NCBI RefSeq assembly: GCF_000315625.1
Contig: NW_005434638.1
Span: forward strand, 251,300-315,299
DNA: 64,000 bases
Direction of reading: 5' to 3'
Origin: Guillardia theta CCMP2712
Lineage: Eukaryota; Protista; Cryptophyta
Part shown: positions 58,793 through 64,000 of the stretch, in pieces
Numbering within the stretch: position 1 is the stretch's first letter
Layout of the letters: the number at the start of each line of letters is the position of its first letter
Translations under genes and position numbers: made by a program
The notes under the pieces: generated by a model
The model's database searches: none
The model's input: only the letters and a program-made list of their open reading frames with translations
Told to the model about the DNA's origin: nothing

Positions 58793-59427
58793 GGCGGGAC
58801 GAACTGCGCTCAGGGTAAGGAAACGAGGCGAGCACTTGAAGGTGAAAATGCAGGAAGATCAAGAGCAGAAGCAATCCTGATGGGGGCGAGGAATGGAAGA
58901 ACTTTTGCAGTGCCAACGACTCCAGGGAAGCGATGGAAAGATGAAGGGGCAAGGAAAGAGCTAGGAAAGGAGATAGATCAACGACGAGATATTGTCTCCT
59001 CCTCTCGCCTTCTTCGTTTTTCCCTCTTCCTCCACATGCTTACTCTCATGTTTCCTCCCTGTCCCTTCACATCCTCCTCTTCCACTCCTTCCCGATGCTC
59101 CGCTCGGCCTGCATTTTCTCAGGCGACCATGTGCTATCCCACAGGACAAACTTTCTAACTCTGATTATCAAACTTTGAAAGAAAGTTTCTCAGCTAATAT
59201 GATTTGAAGTTTCAGGTCAAACGATGGCGGGAACCATGGTGGGACGGGTGGGACAAGACGGAGGCGGTGGGGTGAGAGTTGAGGTATCAGCGAGCATGGA
59301 GTAGCTGAGGATAAGAGGAGAGAGGGGGAGAGGGCACATGTCAAAGAAATCCTTCGATCAAGAAGGGACGAACTCCCCCCATTCACTTCCTGTTTCTCGT
59401 CAAATTTTCGCTCCTTCGCAACCTAAA

Positions 59428-62209
59428 ATGTCGAAGCCGAAGCAACAAGAGAAAGCCAACAGCAGCAGGCCTTCGGAAGTTGAGCTTGTTCTCAACCGAC
59501 CCGGATCCGCTCAGATGACAAGCTTGGATCTTAGTGACTATAACATCACCTCCCTGGCTGCCTTTCAGGTCTCGATCTCTTCCCTTCGAAGGTTGAAACA
59601 GATAGACATATCTAAGAACTCAATTTCTTCTCTCAAGTACATTCGAAGTCTCCCCATTCTTGAGACGGTGATATGCAGCAACAACGCGATGACAACCTTG
59701 GTGGGCCTTGAGGAATGTCCTATGGTTCAAACTGTTGATGCTTCCGACAATGCCATCACAGTCATCGGGGATTTGCGTCACTTGTCGCGTTTAAAGAACC
59801 TGGATATTCATGGAAACTCCATGTCATCCATTTCCTCTCTGCCTCACAATCTGCCTGGATCGCTCAGCACGCTCAACATTTCCAACAATGAGCTTGGAAG
59901 CCTCTCAGACCTGCGGTACGTTAGTTCGCTCATGGAGCTCCGACGCCTCGATCTTCGGTAGGCCTTGTCTCCCGCATGCATGCCGACCTGACGTCTCCTT
60001 GCTCAGAGCAAACCCTATCACTTCTGCCATCTACATGAAGGGGATTGATCACAGACCTTTCGTTGTCTTCCTTCTACCTCGGCTGTCCACTTTGGACGAT
60101 AAGCCTGTCTCGAGGCAGGAGTGGGCGGTCTCACGAACGCTCTTCTGTGAAGAGCCAGGCATCTTGTCGGACGCCCTCATGGCTCTCCTCCAGGTCTCCT
60201 TGTCATGTTCAACTCCCCGGTTTGACGGTTGTCACCCAGCCCGCCAACGAAAAGCGCCTTAGGCAGTACCTCATGGAAAAGTGTTCCATGGCAGTTCATG
60301 AACCCTCGCAACATGCCTTGACAGCACATGATGCCAACATTGATGAAGAGCTGGAGAGTAGATCGAGACCCTCAGGGTTCAGAGCACAGAAGCGAGACGA
60401 TGGTGCTGTTGTTGAAACCCTCCAGAGCCATTCTAGCAAAGGATTTAGCGACAGGGCCGGTGCATCGTCTCATGCCAGGATCCCGTTTGCGATGGATGGC
60501 GTTGGACTGTTAGCACTGGAGTCCGAAAATGGAGAAGCAGGTGACAAAGCTGTTGATATCCATACACTTGCGAAGCATGTTCGGGAAATGCGAAGGTACT
60601 GAGATTGGGGAAGGGGAAGGGGAAGGGGAGCAAGAGCTTTTCTGCAGGACGTTGGGGCGGGAGGATTGAAGTGAGAGATGATTGTCACTGTGCGATGTTG
60701 TTAGGTATTTCAAAGTTTATCTGAAATCGGAGAATCGGCGGAGGAATGCTTCAGCAATGAAGATTCAAAATGCTTATAGATGTCATCATTCACGCCTGAT
60801 AGCCAAGGTGGAATAGATTGGCTTGCCATTCTCTTGTATCTACTTTGTCTGAGATCTGTTTTCTTGTCTGAAGAAGGCTTTCTCAAGAAAGCAGGATACG
60901 AGCGACGAGAGAGATCGGTGCGTTGATTGGTGTCAATGGATATGAAACTTGACTTGTGGTTTCGCAGATGGATGCGATGGCCAGACATTGGGACTTCCAC
61001 CTTGCCAAAGATCTTACTCAAATCAACAGTACGACCTTCAGTCCGAGATGTCTGCGCAGCGAGGTAAGGAGGTGGTTACGTGCGTGCAATCGTCTGAGAG
61101 GGGTTGCAAGGCTTCAGGCCGTCGCAAGGAGCTTTCTGGTGAGGAGGAGATTGAAGAGATGGAGGGGCGACCTAGCGTCTGTCTCGAGGGGAACGGCAGG
61201 TGGTACTCCCGTTGTCTTGCCTCGCTTTCCTGACGGCGATGGAAGAACGGCTGGAGGCGGATACGGGCATGATGCCCTCGTTCTTGCGAGGGAGCAAAAG
61301 GCGAGCAGGTTGCTTCAAGTCTACACATCTTCCAACTTGTTGACAAACATCAGGAGCGAGGCCCTCCGCTCTCCGTGCAGATAGCCTTCTTGACGGATCA
61401 TGGGAGATCCATGCCCTAAAGAGTCAGATACAGATGTTGACACAGCAGGTGAAGTCTTGCTATGTTAACGAGTTTCACAACCACCTGATATCAAACAGCT
61501 CGAGGAGGAGCGAAATGCTCGATCTCGGCAGGACGAGGCTTTGCGCATCTTATGGAACGAGGTCAGAGGCAGGAGGAGGAAGGGGGGGAGAGGCACTCGG
61601 AGTGAGCAAGAGTGCAGGTGGGTCGACTGAGAGGGAAAGACGAGCACAAGGCAGCCATCAAGATTCAGGTCACTTTTAGGAGAGTGAGCCGGCAGTGGAT
61701 GACCCGGCAGCGCAGAAATGCTGGAGAGGACACGATGACAGGGAGCTGTTCCGCATCGCTATGGATCATTACACTAGGTAACCCTCCTCCCCCTCTGCTC
61801 CGTATGTTCTGATTCGTCCCTCAGGTTCAAACTGGAGCGGTCCGCTGCTGTCGTGAAGCTCCAGAGGTGGGCACGGAGGGTCTTCTGGAGGTCCTTCGGG
61901 ACCCTCTTTCGAATGCAGGACACAGCCACCCGCTGCCTTCAGCGGGTAGTTCGCGGCCATCGGTCGAGGAGGAAGATGGAGGGGCTGCTGGGAAACAACA
62001 GCCTCAAGCAAGAGATCCGCTACATCCGGGATGTGGAGATTGTGAGATTGCAGCGAACGCTCAGTGCAGTACAAGACACCATGGACCATGTGACAAGATC
62101 CCTCGCAATGTGGTGTGATGACTCGGCTGACAGGTGCTATCCATCCTCGGCCCCGCCATCGGGGGCTACGGAGTCAGAGAGGATGAGGAGAGCTGAAACA
62201 TTCTGGTAG
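59428..62209 (+). CDS. CEP97: LRR plus IQ-motif centrosomal protein, CEP97-like, multi-exon
   Basis: SDS22-type LRRs, cap DHRPFVVFLLPRLSTLDD, LRQYLMEKC, IQ motifs (ARLQAVARSFLVRRR; KLQRWARR), LEERNARSRQDEALRILWNE. Confidence 0.7.
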
Positions 62210-62843
62210 AGCACGAAGACGAACGGGCCAGGGAGTCCCGGGGAGGCAGCTAGCATACTGAGCCAGCTGCTAGTAAAACTGCCAAATGTCTGCTGAACCT
62301 CCTGCTGAACCCTTCCCGGGTAGTTCCGAAGTTCCCGAAAATGTTTTGATAATGAGCGGGGATGAGGGGAGGTTCTGGAATGATTCGGTGGTCGCCCAAC
62401 GGTGGGTACCTGATTGTACTACCCTACCCCCTTTCACAGCTAATTATAGTGTAAAAGCACGGGTAGTGATATGGAATTGTCGTTCTACTCCACCGGTTTC
62501 ACCACCGCGACAGAAGGTTTCCCGCCATCGGTTGCGCGCATGCGAGGGGTTTGTGGGTTGACGGAAGAGGGGGAGGAGGAGATGGGCGAGGAGGAACAGA
62601 AGCATAACCATGAAATGAGAGCCAATGAGAAAGAGAAGGGCGGAAAGAGCTTACAAGATGAAACTTCTTAGGCATGCGATGATGCATTCTCAACGAATGG
62701 AAGAAGCGATTACGCAAGGAGGACAGGAATTTCAGTGCTTTGAGCTCAGATAGGAATGTGCAGACCCTCCCAGACTCTTGTAGCTCTTAGTTGCCTGAAA
62801 TGTTGGAAACGCTTTTGACTTTCTATCGTTCTCAGACCTCGTC

Positions 62844-64000
62844 ATGGCTGGCAACACCAAGTACGATGACACACTCTTCGCCATGATGACTCAGCATGAG
62901 AGTGAAATGGAGTTCCTGAACACAATTTTCGGATTTTTGCAACGTAGAACACAATGCTTCAATGGACCGAAGGTCTCCAATGTTTCGCTGCCATGTCCAT
63001 GGCATGACTTTCTCAACAGGCGGAAAACAACTTTCAGACGCTCATCAACACGCTCTCCCACCAGCTGGACGTTTACCGGAAAGCAGAGTATAAGAAGCAG
63101 CAGGGGATCGACGAAGATGACGAGGAGCTGAAGAAAATCGAAGAGGAGAAGAAAAAGAAGCAGCTTGCAGAAGAAAAAGCCGCTAAAGAGGTTCCTAAAA
63201 TAATTGTAACTCGCTGATTCCTGCCTGACGCTTGACCAGGCCAGGGAGCTGGCAGAGGCACGAAAGAAGGAGCAGGCGGAACGTGAAAAGTTGCGCAAAG
63301 CCAAAGAAGAAAGGGGAGAAATACCCAAAGAGCCTGAAGAACCCAAGGATAAGGAATCCGAAGACGAAGATGAAGGCGAAGACAATAAGGGGGCCAAGCC
63401 GATATCCAACGGAGGAGTCACGGACAAATACACCTGGACTCAGACGCTGTCGGAAGTGCAAGTAATCATCGATTCCCAGAAGCTAGGGTTGCCGCCTGGA
63501 GTTCCATTGAAATCTCGTGATCTTACGGTCTCGTTGACAAAGAAGAAGCTCAAGATTCAGTTGAAGGGGAAGGAGCCTCTTGTGGATGGTGAGCTTCATA
63601 AGGAGGTCAAGACTGACACTTTCATCTGGACTATCGGTGATGCTTCATTTCTCTTCTATTCCCCCCGAACTTTCGCTGAAACATGTTTCATCACAGAGGA
63701 TGCGAACCGGCTGGTGTTGAGCATGGACAAAGAGAACGGGATGGAATGGTGGAAATGCGTGATTATTGGAGACCCAGAGATCAACACTCGTAAAGTAGAG
63801 CCGGAGAACTCGTCGCTTTCAGATTTGGATGGCGATACTCGACAAACTGTTGAGAAGATGATGTTTGATCAGCGGCAAAAGGCAATGGGTCTTCCTACCA
63901 GGTAAGATCTCTCCTTTGATGTCCCGCTGTACCAGACTGACCATTCGATCATAGTGAAGAGCAGAAGAAACAAGACATGCTCAAGAAATTTATGGAGCAA
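62844..64000 (+). CDS. NUDC: Nuclear migration protein NudC (3' end beyond the window)
   Basis: FLNTIFGFLQRRT; NGGVTDKYTWTQTLSEV; CS domain; WWKCVIIGDPEINTRKVEPENSSLSDLDGDTRQTVEKMMFDQRQKAMGLPT. Confidence 0.95.

Noticed and set aside
1-64000. tRNA/rRNA genes
   Set aside because: None recognised by eye; tRNAscan-SE or Infernal would be needed to exclude them.

Overview
Gene-dense eukaryotic nuclear DNA with short (about 45-200 bp) GT-AG introns, simple-repeat-rich introns and one 100-N scaffold gap (15437-15536). Gene content and style resemble a flagellated cryptophyte such as Guillardia theta; the organism is an inference. Both flanks carry ordinary genes: a giant single-exon PA14/Ig-like surface protein, coiled-coil proteins, a SET/LSMT-type methyltransferase, an ankyrin protein, radial spoke protein 3, a LAMMER/CLK kinase, a LysM protein, a PDZ protein, a CEP97-like protein and NudC. 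The centre (about 33.3-53.3 kb) is a rearranged accessory island bracketed by a perfect 19-bp inverted motif. It holds (i) a scrambled family of intronless MGN/RVAF proteins; (ii) an intron-containing, decayed Crypton-type tyrosine recombinase block inserted inside one family member; (iii) an intact Canopy-like gene; and (iv) a 6.4-kb imperfect palindrome. In that palindrome, two convergent four-TM (MS4A/CD20-like) genes share a 653-bp near-identical promoter plus N-terminus but have very different Gly-Tyr-Asn repeat loops, a constant/variable and potentially invertible layout. Alignments and splice models were made by eye, so multi-exon boundaries are approximate.
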